A stretch of 64,000 bases of DNA from Chromatiales bacterium (GTDB lineage: Bacteria > Pseudomonadota > Gammaproteobacteria > RBG-16-57-12): contig JALSJH010000022.1 of assembly GCA_026989455.1 (NCBI GenBank), positions 29,146 to 93,145 of the forward strand, given 5' to 3'. The translations under genes and the position numbers were made by a program. Below, one piece after another: positions 45,654 to 54,538 of the stretch. The notes under the pieces were generated by a model, which was given only the letters and a program-made list of their open reading frames with translations, ran no database searches and was not told the origin of the DNA. The stretch's first letter is position 1, and every line of letters begins with the position of its first letter.

Positions 45654-47921
45654 ATGAATGAAGCACCACAAAATGGGCTAAAAGGCCTCAAACATTGGCG
45701 TTACGATCTGCTGGCAGGCCTACAGGTTGCGCTGGTCTCACTGCCTCTCTCTCTGGGTATCGCTATTGCATCGGGTGCCCCTCCGGTTACCGGTCTTATC
45801 TCAGCTATTATCGCGGGTTTTATTTTCCCTTTTCTAGGGGGTGCCTATGTCACCATTAGCGGTCCTGCTGCTGGCCTAGCTCCTGCTTTATTAGCGGGAA
45901 TGTTGTTGCTGGGTGGTGGTGATCTGGCGGTGGGTTATCCGCTGTTGTTGGTGGCTATCTGTCTTACCGGCATGGTGCAAATTATATTGGCTTTTTTTAA
46001 GACCGGCCGTTACGCAATTTTCCTTCCCGTTACTGTGGTAGAGGCGATGCTCGCCGCTATTGGGCTGATGATTATTATCAAACAGATTCCATCTCTGATG
46101 GGAGCTATATCACCCGCATCACAAAGTATGCTGGAGACGATCAGTAAACTACCCTTGGCGATTCCTCAGCTGGAGTGGAGTATCTTTTTTATTGGCGCTC
46201 TGAGTCTATTCTTGATGTTTTATCTGAATGCCTCGCGCCATGATTGGATGCGTAAAATCCCACCGCCACTACTTGTTGCCTGTCTTGGTATCGGCTTGGG
46301 TTATCTTTTTAACCTTGATGGTAAATTTCTGATTACCATGCCAGAAAATCTACTGGAAGGTGGGATTACATTTCCAGCTTTTGATGAAGTGTTGAACCGT
46401 CCTGAGTTGTGGTGGAGTGTACTGTTGGTGGTGATTACACTGACGCTGATCGATGGCGTTGAATCATTGGCAACCATCAAGGCGGTGGACAAAATTGATC
46501 CTTTTCAGCGTAAATCAGATGCTAATATTACCTTGCGCACCATGGGTATTTCCAATTCACTCTCCAGTGTTTTTGGTGGCTTAACGATTATTCCGGGTGG
46601 TGTCAAAAGCCGCGTTAATATCGATGCTGGTGGGCGTACATTGTGGGCGAATTTTTATAACGCTATTTTTCTACTTATTTTCCTGTTTGTGGCTATCGAT
46701 GTCATTGCTAGGGTTCCTCTGGCTGCGATTGCGGCAATCTTGATCTACGTTGGTTGGAAATTATGTGAATACAAAGTATTCACCAAAACCTACGCTATTG
46801 GCCGTGATCAGATTGTAATTTTCGTTATTACGGTTCTCGCTATTTTAGCGACAGATCTGCTGTCTGGGATTCTACTAGGTGTTGCGGCAGAAGTGTTGAT
46901 GCTGCTCTATCTGCTGACACCATCATTTCGCGCTGTATTGACCGGGCGACTGGGGTTGGGGCAATCTTTTTCATTGGTGTGGGTAAATCTGCGAGGCCTA
47001 TTTTGTGATCCGGTGATTACGGTTGCCCAGAAGGCGCGTAATGGTGAGCCTCACTATGAGGTGACATTATCATCTGTTGTCTGCTTTAATCTGATACATC
47101 TTGATAAGCTGCTTGCCAATCTCCCTCCACAGGCGGGTGTTACGCTGATTATTACTGAGTCTGGTCGTATTATTGATCATACCGGTATGGAGTATCTTCA
47201 CCAGTTCCAAGATGAGTGCATGCGCGATAAGCGGGCTTTTGAGCTGCTGGGGCTGGAAAATTTTTTCCAATTCACTAATCACTCACTCTCAGCACGTATG
47301 CAGGATTCAACCGTGCTCAAGGAGGAGCGGAAGCGCTCGGAACGTGAAATCCAGATGGAGAAGTTCGCACAGCAGTGGGGGCTGAAGTTAGAGCTGGGTA
47401 CGGCCACGATTCATAATGAACATGACTTCGTCTACCTGCGTCGGGGTTCAGACAAGCAGGAGTGTAACGTGATGTCTGGCAGTGTCCATGGCTATGATAT
47501 TCGATTGGCTGACTACAGTCATACGGCTGCACCAGACTACTATTCAAAACATTGGCACACTACGATCACTTCACAATGCCCTGTTTCAGGTGTTGCTGAT
47601 TTTGTTATTGCTCCTGGCCATTATCTACGACGTTATCTGGCCGATTATCGTGAAATTGAGTCAGTGAGAGAGGGCGCTCTTCCTGGTAATTATCGACTTT
47701 ACGCCAAAGAGGGTGAAGATCCTTCACCCTACATCTCTTCTGGACTACTCGCCTTTTTGCAAAGCAATGAGGGACTCTACCTAGAGGTTAGAAACGGTAA
47801 CATGTTGGCTTTCAATCGAAATAAAGAGTTGCTGAGTGCAGCGGAAATAGAGCAGCTGTTTGCGCTGGTGGAGATGTTAAATGGGGCTTGTACCGAAGCG
47901 TTGAGTCAAAACGAAGAGTAA
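45654..47921 (+). CDS. SulP-family anion transporter (BicA-like bicarbonate transporter candidate) with STAS domain and an unassigned ~200-aa C-terminal extension
   Basis: SulP signature LKHWRYDLLAGLQVALVSLPLSLGIAIASGAPPVTGL and a STAS-like region. At 755 aa it is longer than typical SulP proteins. Confidence 0.88.
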   Translation: MNEAPQNGLKGLKHWRYDLLAGLQVALVSLPLSLGIAIASGAPPVTGLISAIIAGFIFPFLGGAYVTISGPAAGLAPALLAGMLLLGGGDLAVGYPLLLVAICLTGMVQIILAFFKTGRYAIFLPVTVVEAMLAAIGLMIIIKQIPSLMGAISPASQSMLETISKLPLAIPQLEWSIFFIGALSLFLMFYLNASRHDWMRKIPPPLLVACLGIGLGYLFNLDGKFLITMPENLLEGGITFPAFDEVLNRPELWWSVLLVVITLTLIDGVESLATIKAVDKIDPFQRKSDANITLRTMGISNSLSSVFGGLTIIPGGVKSRVNIDAGGRTLWANFYNAIFLLIFLFVAIDVIARVPLAAIAAILIYVGWKLCEYKVFTKTYAIGRDQIVIFVITVLAILATDLLSGILLGVAAEVLMLLYLLTPSFRAVLTGRLGLGQSFSLVWVNLRGLFCDPVITVAQKARNGEPHYEVTLSSVVCFNLIHLDKLLANLPPQAGVTLIITESGRIIDHTGMEYLHQFQDECMRDKRAFELLGLENFFQFTNHSLSARMQDSTVLKEERKRSEREIQMEKFAQQWGLKLELGTATIHNEHDFVYLRRGSDKQECNVMSGSVHGYDIRLADYSHTAAPDYYSKHWHTTITSQCPVSGVADFVIAPGHYLRRYLADYREIESVREGALPGNYRLYAKEGEDPSPYISSGLLAFLQSNEGLYLEVRNGNMLAFNRNKELLSAAEIEQLFALVEMLNGACTEALSQNEE

Positions 47922-47951
47922 GCGGAAACGATAACTTATCCGCTCCCTTGA

Positions 47952-48503
47952 TTATGCTCGCATGCGTCGAACTTTCTGTACCATGCGATGCAGTGAGCGC
48001 GCATGGTTAAAGTGAGAAACCTGATCTAACGGTATCCAGCCAATCTGATGGGACTCATCATTACCCGGAATGGGTATAGAGTCATCAATCTCCAGCAAAA
48101 AACGGATATCAAAGTGTTGATGGCGCTCATCATGCGCATTGGGGTGGATAGTATGCACGTCCACATCAAAAATATTTTCACTCACCAGCCGGATATTCTC
48201 TATATCAACGCCGGACTCCTCCGATGTCTCCTTCAATACTACGCGAATAATATCGTGATCCCCATCGGCATGGCCACCCGGTTGCAACCAGCGGTCAAGC
48301 TTACGATGGTGCATCATCAGAGCATGGGTGCGTGAAGGATTCACCACCCAAGATGACCCCGTTACATGACCCGCAGCAAGAGTGCGATCAAAGCAGTTCT
48401 GATGCTGTGCGACAAAACGGCGGGAACGTGCCACCATGGCAGCCTCTTCCATAAAGGGTGTTTTGTAGTCGGTGAGTAGTTGCAGAAGTTGTTGTCTGTG
48501 CAT
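47952..48503 (-). CDS. NUDIX hydrolase
   Basis: Nudix box GGHADGDHDIIRVVLKETSEESG. Confidence 0.85.
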   Translation of the reverse strand: MHRQQLLQLLTDYKTPFMEEAAMVARSRRFVAQHQNCFDRTLAAGHVTGSSWVVNPSRTHALMMHHRKLDRWLQPGGHADGDHDIIRVVLKETSEESGVDIENIRLVSENIFDVDVHTIHPNAHDERHQHFDIRFLLEIDDSIPIPGNDESHQIGWIPLDQVSHFNHARSLHRMVQKVRRMRA

Positions 48504-48723
48504 GGTAATAAATATCTACATCGATGAAAGAGCTGACCGCTAGAAGAATAACTGTTTTTTTAAATATACGCGAATCTGAGTGGGCTTTAATATTCAAATT
48601 CTCTCTGTTTCTATGCGAGGATTAGGGGTGTTCAACTGAACTTGTTGCCAGGTCTAATGTGCTTTGGCGTGATACATGCATTATTTTGGTTATGTGTAAA
48701 TATATTGACGCAAGGGGGCTTGA

Positions 48724-49521
48724 TTGAACATCTGGGCGGTTGCCAATCAGAAAGGGGGGGTTGGTAAAACAACGACAACGGTCTCCCTGGCAGGACTGCT
48801 CTCCGCCAAGGGGTATCGTACCTTAGTGGTTGATATGGATCCCCATGGCTCGCTAACGGTCTATTTTGGCCATGACCCTGACACCATAGAAAGGAGTGTC
48901 TATTCGCTGTTCCAAGTGCCTAACATTGCTTCCAGCGACATGCCCAGGCGGGTGATAAAGCAGACTCGCTTTGAAGGTCTTGATTTACTACCCGCATCGA
49001 CGGCTATGGCAACGCTTGACCGCCAGTTGGGAACTCAGGATGGTAAAGGGTTGGTAATCCTTAGGGCGCTACAGCAATTGGCTGATCGTTATGACTATGT
49101 TTTGATCGACTGTCCACCGATTTTAGGGGTTTTAATGGTTAACGCCATGGCGGCCTGTCAGAGCTTATTGATTCCGGTGCAGACCGAGTTTTTGGCGTTG
49201 AAGGGGCTGGAGAGAATGATGCGTACTACCGCGATGATTACTAGAGCACGCAGAAGCCCGCTCGGGTTGCACATTGTTCCCACGATGTTTGATCGTCGCA
49301 CCCGCGCCTCCCATGAGGCACTTAAGCAGTTACAGAGCGATTACCCCGAGCAGCTCTGGGATGCCGTGATACCCATCGATACCCAGTTTCGTGAGGCGAG
49401 CCGCAAAGGGGTGCCTCTGCCCATTATGCGAGCGAATAGCCGCGGCTCGATTGCTTATCGTGAGCTACTGACGTGGCTGCAGGAGATCTATCCAGCTGAC
49501 AGCAGAGCAGCCGAGTCGTGA
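48724..49521 (+). CDS. parC: ParA/MinD-family ATPase of the chemotaxis-associated ParC type
   Basis: Deviant Walker A (NQKGGVGKTTT). Resembles Vibrio ParC. Followed by a ParP-like CheW-domain protein and cheW. Start is TTG. Confidence 0.8.
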   Translation: MNIWAVANQKGGVGKTTTTVSLAGLLSAKGYRTLVVDMDPHGSLTVYFGHDPDTIERSVYSLFQVPNIASSDMPRRVIKQTRFEGLDLLPASTAMATLDRQLGTQDGKGLVILRALQQLADRYDYVLIDCPPILGVLMVNAMAACQSLLIPVQTEFLALKGLERMMRTTAMITRARRSPLGLHIVPTMFDRRTRASHEALKQLQSDYPEQLWDAVIPIDTQFREASRKGVPLPIMRANSRGSIAYRELLTWLQEIYPADSRAAES

Positions 49522-50219
49522 TGGCACAGTTTGAAGATGAAAATGACTCTAAAGCGCTGGTAGAGCAGAAGCAGGCGCTGAGCAATTATCTGGATGCTCT
49601 GTTCAGGGAGCTGCCAGTGATTGAACCTGAACCCATAGCTAGCCCTGTGGCGGATGAGGTTGTGGTGGCTAAAGTGGCCGCAACGGATCTGCCTAAAGAA
49701 CCCGTAGTGGCATCCTCGGAGGAGGTGACTGCTCAGGCGGCTGAAAATGAAGAGCCAGTGCCTGTATACTTTCAGCCCACGGCACCCTTTCAGGTGCTGT
49801 TTTTTAGTCTTGGTAAGTTGAATCTTGCGGTGCCATTGGAACATCTTTCGGGTGTTTTGAAAGTTGCCGATGAGAAGGTGACCCCGATCCCTGGCTATGC
49901 GGAGTGGCACCTTGGATTGATGAAATACCACGGGGCAACGGTGAGTGTCATCGATACGGCAAAACTGATCATGCCTGCCCATCGTCAGGACGTTGTCCAA
50001 GATCAACGTAAATATCGCTACTTTATTCTATTGGGTGAGCGTCGCTGGGGGCTGGGCTGCCACGCCATAGCAGAAGTGGTAAAACTTGATCCCGGTGAAG
50101 TGAAGTGGCGTAAAAATCGCACTCTTCAGCCATGGTTGGCGGGCACGGTTATCAATAAAATGTGTGCATTGATTGATGTTGATGGTTTCCTTAAACTTCT
50201 AAGCAAGGGTTACTTATAA
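49518..50219 (+). CDS. parP: ParP-like protein (acidic disordered N-terminus plus CheW-like domain)
   Basis: The N-terminal E/P/A-rich region is followed by a CheW-like fold. Position between parC and cheW. Confidence 0.65.
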   Translation: MMAQFEDENDSKALVEQKQALSNYLDALFRELPVIEPEPIASPVADEVVVAKVAATDLPKEPVVASSEEVTAQAAENEEPVPVYFQPTAPFQVLFFSLGKLNLAVPLEHLSGVLKVADEKVTPIPGYAEWHLGLMKYHGATVSVIDTAKLIMPAHRQDVVQDQRKYRYFILLGERRWGLGCHAIAEVVKLDPGEVKWRKNRTLQPWLAGTVINKMCALIDVDGFLKLLSKGYL

Positions 50220-50294
50220 AGCTTTGTTGTTGCTTGACGATACAATCAACCTTAGAAGTAGAAAGAATTAATCCTAAGCATGGGGATAAAATAG

Positions 50295-50768
50295 ATGAGC
50301 GAAAGTGCAACGATGGGCGACGACGCTAACCGTTGGGTCACCTTTAGGCTTGAGAGCGAGACCTACGGTATTAATGTGATGCAGGTGCAAGAGGTGCTGC
50401 GTGTCTCCGAAATTGCACCGGTACCGGGTGCAGCTGATTATGTGATTGGCATTATCAATCTGCGAGGAAATGTAGTGACCGTGGTCGATACCCGCCGCCG
50501 CTTTGGTATGGTTGAAAAAGAGGTGGATGATCTCTCGCGTATTATCATTATCGAAACAGAAGAGCAGGTAGTAGGGATTCTGGTTGATAGCGTTGCAGAG
50601 GTGGTTGAAATACCCGCATCTGAAATTGAAACTGCCCCCAATGTGGGTACGGAAGAGAGTGCCAAATATATTCTGGGAGTTACCAGTCGTGAGAATGAGT
50701 TGCTGATCCTTGTTGATCTGAATAAATTTCTCAGTGAAGAGGAGTGGAATGAGGTGGGTCAGTTTTAA
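50295..50768 (+). CDS. cheW: Chemotaxis coupling protein CheW
   Basis: Canonical CheW (WVTFRLESETYGINVMQVQEVLRVSEIAPVPGAADYVIGIINLRGNVVTVVDTRRRF). Confidence 0.9.
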   Translation: MSESATMGDDANRWVTFRLESETYGINVMQVQEVLRVSEIAPVPGAADYVIGIINLRGNVVTVVDTRRRFGMVEKEVDDLSRIIIIETEEQVVGILVDSVAEVVEIPASEIETAPNVGTEESAKYILGVTSRENELLILVDLNKFLSEEEWNEVGQF

Positions 50769-51157
50769 TGCTGGAGTGGCCTGGAATTGTATTTTTGATT
50801 GTGCTGACGGCTCTGTCGATAATGGTTTTTGTGGTGACGCAAAAACAGCAGAAAAGAGTTCAGCAGCAGTTGCAGCAACAACGCTCAGAGTGTGAGCAGT
50901 TGCAGTCGCAATTTAAACTTTTGGTGAGTGGTGCCCAAGGAATGGGTGAACGAATTCACTCTGTAGAGCATGCCCTCTCGACTTCAAAAAAGGCCGCCAC
51001 ACAAAATAACAGGGCAGCGAGCGGTGATGTTTCGGTGCGCCAGGCGATTGAGCTGGCTCGAAAAGGCGCGACAGTGGACGAGTTAGTTGATATTTGTGGC
51101 TTATCCCGTGGCGAGGCTGAGTTGATGAGCACTATCCATAACGTAGAGGCTCGTTAA
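50768..51157 (+). CDS. DUF2802 family membrane protein (flagellar/chemotaxis-associated)
   Basis: N-terminal TM segment, a Q-rich coiled coil, and a C-terminal ...AIELARKGATVDELVDICGLSRGEAEL... motif. Confidence 0.7.
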   Translation: MLEWPGIVFLIVLTALSIMVFVVTQKQQKRVQQQLQQQRSECEQLQSQFKLLVSGAQGMGERIHSVEHALSTSKKAATQNNRAASGDVSVRQAIELARKGATVDELVDICGLSRGEAELMSTIHNVEAR

Positions 51158-51160
51158 GGA

Positions 51161-51203
51161 ATCTCTGACTAAGCCTAAACCCATCCAGGCTTAGTCAGAG
51201 ACC
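51161..51203. terminator. Bidirectional hairpin terminator between convergent genes
   Basis: tctctgactaagcc ... ggcttagtcagaga is a perfect 14-bp inverted repeat. Confidence 0.7.
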
Positions 51204-51205
51204 CC

Positions 51206-51484
51206 TTAATCACTACAATCGGGGGTTTTATCACTGAGCCAATAGGCAAACGCAATAATCTCTGCAACGGAGAGGTAGAGCTCTTCAGGGATTTCATCCC
51301 CTAGGTTCAATGCAAGCAGTAGCTCTACCAGATAGGCGTTTTCCATCAGCGGAATATTGCTCTGCTGTGCTAATTCAATAATCTGTTCAGCAAGCTCCCC
51401 TTGTCCTATCGCACTGACTGTTGGTGCGTTTTCCTTATCATAGCTGAGCGCGATTGCACGGCGCACTTTCTCACTTCTTTTCAT
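51206..51484 (-). CDS. FlhB C-terminal-domain-like protein (EscU/YscU/HrcU family switch domain)
   Basis: About 90 aa (AIALSYDKENAPTVSAIGQGELAEQIIELAQQSNIPLMENAYLVELL) that resembles the FlhB C-terminal domain. Confidence 0.8.
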   Translation of the reverse strand: MKRSEKVRRAIALSYDKENAPTVSAIGQGELAEQIIELAQQSNIPLMENAYLVELLLALNLGDEIPEELYLSVAEIIAFAYWLSDKTPDCSD

Positions 51485-52767
51485 GCTTTAACATCCAGTA
51501 AACCACGGAGTGATTTTGGAGGCTGTGGTGGTGTGGGTATCCCTTGGTGACAATTGATTTCGGCAACGGTGAGCCCCTGTTTTTCCAGTCCTCTCTTGAG
51601 CACTTCCAGGTAGGGGGTGATCAGTTGCGACTCTTCGCTCCAGAGATGGGTGATCAGCTCCCTCCCTTTTAAATTGACGTTAACACGCAAAAGCCCCAAA
51701 TGGGGCAGCGTGAGTTCTATAGTGACTTGCCAACTCGCTTGTAGGTTATCAGTTCCACCGGTGCTGTTTTGTTGAATGTGCAGCTTCAGTAGCGAGAGTT
51801 CACCATTTTTTATAACCGGAATCTCAACATACCAAGGGGGCCTGGCATCATCTTGAGTGGGCAGGTTGGTGAGCTGGTTTAACTGCTGCCTAGCCAGCGC
51901 CCCCTCCACCTTTTCACCCAGGTTTTTTAACAGTTTTAATGAGGGTTGCAGCTCCTGACTGCTGTTACCTGTTTCAGGTTTATGACTCCGTGTGGCTGCC
52001 TTTTGTTCCCTTTTAAACAGTAGATCCCAAAGTGACATGGGTGAGGTGATAGGGTGGAGGGTGGTTTTTGAAGTATGAGCTGATAGTGTGAGATGGCTCT
52101 GCTGAGCCGTACGACTCTCTTTGATGAGCAACGCAAGCCGTAGCAGCTGTGCTTTAAGGTCATGGTTAACCGCATGGCCACTTTTTAGGTTGCCCATCAG
52201 CTCTTTTGCCAGGCTTTGCTCTAAAAAGGGCCCTGAGTTTAGGAGCGCTTGCTTCAGGCTATGGGCCTGACTGATTGCACGACTATCGGGTAGTGATTTT
52301 TGAATCTTTAGGAGTGCCTTTGTAATTGAATCAGGCAAAAGGCCGGCACTGTTTTGTTTTAAGAGCGTGCTCAGTGTTTGATCGAGTGGTAACTGCTTTA
52401 CAACTGCACTACGCAGGGCTTGCTGAATGTTCTGTTGTGCGGGGGTGGGTGATGCCATTCGCAATTGCAGGGTTGGGTGAGTGCGCGTCACAACCAGCTC
52501 AACTTTTTGGCCGACTTGTAAGGGGAGGGCGCTTTTAAGCTGTAGCTGAAGGTTGCCACTTTTTAAGGTGTATTGTTGGGAGGAGCTGTAGTTGCTGACA
52601 CGAGCTGTTAGCTGCTCGCCCAGTTTAAGTAAGCTGTGCCCAGTTTGGCGTTGTGATTTTGCTTGAGTCACCTCAAGCATCGGTTGAAGGCGGTTTGTCT
52701 GTGGGCTCTCGATCTTCATCTGTTGGTTTTTACCGCTGCTTGAGGTGGATATATAGCCGTCGGCCAA
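51481..52767 (-). CDS. Flagellar hook-length control protein FliK-like
   Basis: Q/L/S-rich 428-aa protein directly upstream of the flhB-like gene. This pairing is typical. Confidence 0.65.
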   Translation of the reverse strand: MADGYISTSSSGKNQQMKIESPQTNRLQPMLEVTQAKSQRQTGHSLLKLGEQLTARVSNYSSSQQYTLKSGNLQLQLKSALPLQVGQKVELVVTRTHPTLQLRMASPTPAQQNIQQALRSAVVKQLPLDQTLSTLLKQNSAGLLPDSITKALLKIQKSLPDSRAISQAHSLKQALLNSGPFLEQSLAKELMGNLKSGHAVNHDLKAQLLRLALLIKESRTAQQSHLTLSAHTSKTTLHPITSPMSLWDLLFKREQKAATRSHKPETGNSSQELQPSLKLLKNLGEKVEGALARQQLNQLTNLPTQDDARPPWYVEIPVIKNGELSLLKLHIQQNSTGGTDNLQASWQVTIELTLPHLGLLRVNVNLKGRELITHLWSEESQLITPYLEVLKRGLEKQGLTVAEINCHQGIPTPPQPPKSLRGLLDVKA

Positions 52768-52792
52768 CGCGTCGCGTTAATGAAGTTTTTTG

Positions 52793-52934
52793 GTAACTAC
52801 TCAGCGTATTCATCTTTTGCCCCAACTCTTTGTTATTTTCGTACTCAATCGGTCACATATTCCCTATATGTTCCCTCTTTGCGTACGAAAATGCCTCGAT
52901 TTGAGGAAAAATATAAACACGCTGAATAGTTACG
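52793..52934 (+). mobile_element. MITE-like element, copy B, with imperfect TSD gtttttt(g/a)
   Basis: TIRs gtaactactcagcg ... cgctgaatagttac. Two internal hairpins and a promoter-like TTGAGG-N16-TGAATA at its 3' end. Confidence 0.7.
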
Positions 52935-53028
52935 TTTTTTATCATTACGGTGAAGTGAATAATGGTTAGCTGTACGGGGAAGAGATAAACGGGGACAAGT
53001 GGCCCCTAAGCCCATATAATAATGCGTT

Positions 53029-53847
53029 ATGAATGAATCAGTTGAAAAAGTGGCTCCATCACTCTTTGTTGAGGCTCGTCGTTGCTTGGATGCGTGCAGC
53101 CTGGAAGATAAAACCAGCCTCACCCAGCAACTTGCAGCAGCCTGGCGGAGAGGGGAGCTCTCGCTGCGGGAGCAGCAGCCACCGCAAACGGCGGTCACCG
53201 CAGGCCATCCACAGAACCCTCAATTGGTTGCTCCCCGAGACCTACCCAAGCGCTCGTTTTATACGCCCGTAGGCCGGGCGGCACTTTTTCACTCGATTGC
53301 TCATATTGAATTTAATGCGATTAATCTCGCATTGGATGCGGTTTATCGTTTTCGGGGCATGCCAGAGTCGTTCTATGGTGACTGGCTAAAAGTGGCTGAC
53401 GAGGAGGCTTACCACTTTGGGTTGATTCGGGCTCACCTGCAACAGCTGGGTTATGAGTACGGTGACTTTACAGCGCACAGTGGTTTGTGGGAGAGTGCAC
53501 AGCAAACCGCATATGATGTGATGGTGCGCATGGCCTTGGTACCTCGTGTTTTGGAGGCGAGGGGCTTGGATGTCGCACCCGCCATCATGGAGCGTCTAGC
53601 GCGTACCGGGGATGATGAGGCGGTTGAAATTTTAAAAATAATTCAACGTGATGAGATCGGTCATGTTGAAATTGGCAGTCGCTGGTTTCACCACTGCTGT
53701 GCAGAGAGGGGTCTCGACTCCGAAGCAACTTTTTTCGATTTGATCAATCAGTATATGAAGGGTGTTTTAAAGGGGCCGTTCAATATTGAGGCGCGTCTTA
53801 AGGCTGGTTTCAGTGCTAGTGAGTTAAATAAACTTCAGGGAGTTTAA
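53029..53847 (+). CDS. DUF455 ferritin-like domain protein
   Basis: DUF455 (COG2833) ferritin-like fold with E/H-containing helices. Sequence shows ...AHIEFNAINLALDAV...EEAYHF... Confidence 0.7.
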   Translation: MNESVEKVAPSLFVEARRCLDACSLEDKTSLTQQLAAAWRRGELSLREQQPPQTAVTAGHPQNPQLVAPRDLPKRSFYTPVGRAALFHSIAHIEFNAINLALDAVYRFRGMPESFYGDWLKVADEEAYHFGLIRAHLQQLGYEYGDFTAHSGLWESAQQTAYDVMVRMALVPRVLEARGLDVAPAIMERLARTGDDEAVEILKIIQRDEIGHVEIGSRWFHHCCAERGLDSEATFFDLINQYMKGVLKGPFNIEARLKAGFSASELNKLQGV

Positions 53848-53848
53848 T

Positions 53849-54517
53849 GTGAATAGGTGGTTTAAGGTTTTGTCGCTGGTGCTATGTGGTTTGGGCGTGA
53901 CAGCGTGCAGCACAACAATCAAAGAAGTCTCTGATGCGCGAGGCACATTGCTTGATTTTACCGAGAGTGTGGGTGAGCATCGTACCAACCTTGTTTATAT
54001 GGTTCACGCGGACCTGGTGAGAATCGATTATGGTCAGAGTGGCAGCTATACACTGTTTGATCGTAGAACAAAAACGATCTATGACGTTAATGAGCGGGAG
54101 CAGACGGTTACGGAGATCAAGGGCACGCAACCGATTTTGAGCGAGCAGGCGCTGGGTGTCACCATTGTTGAGAGCGAAAGCGGACTGGTTGGTGATGGCT
54201 CCAGTACACACTTCATCTTTAAACGAGGTGATGAAGTTTGCCTTAACGTGGTTGGCTTGCGTGACTTCTTGCCAGCCGTCGAGGTGGCGATGGATGAGAT
54301 GGCGGCGGTGCGAGCCAATGATCCACGTTTGGCGGATATTGACCCCCAGAGTTGTGAATACATTATACGTGTTTTTGCCAACTCGAAAACAGCGGTGCTG
54401 GGGATGCCAGTGCGGCAGTGGAGCAACAGTGGTTACAGTAAGTTTTTGAACACCTACCAGGTTCAACTGGACCTATCCGAAAATACGCTATGGTACAAAC
54501 TCCCTGAGTGGTATTGA
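53849..54517 (+). CDS. Lipoprotein of unknown function
   Basis: Lipobox LGVTAC. No recognisable domain. Translationally coupled to the DUF455 gene. Confidence 0.5.
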   Translation: MNRWFKVLSLVLCGLGVTACSTTIKEVSDARGTLLDFTESVGEHRTNLVYMVHADLVRIDYGQSGSYTLFDRRTKTIYDVNEREQTVTEIKGTQPILSEQALGVTIVESESGLVGDGSSTHFIFKRGDEVCLNVVGLRDFLPAVEVAMDEMAAVRANDPRLADIDPQSCEYIIRVFANSKTAVLGMPVRQWSNSGYSKFLNTYQVQLDLSENTLWYKLPEWY

Positions 54518-54538
54518 ATCTGATTAAACAAGCAGATT

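Noticed and set aside
48724-49521. ParA-like ATPase as the missing carboxysome McdA
   Set aside because: Its N-terminus and the downstream ParP-like and CheW genes match the chemotaxis ParC module. It is also separated from the cso operon by a convergent Nudix gene. It is kept only as a low-interest hypothesis.
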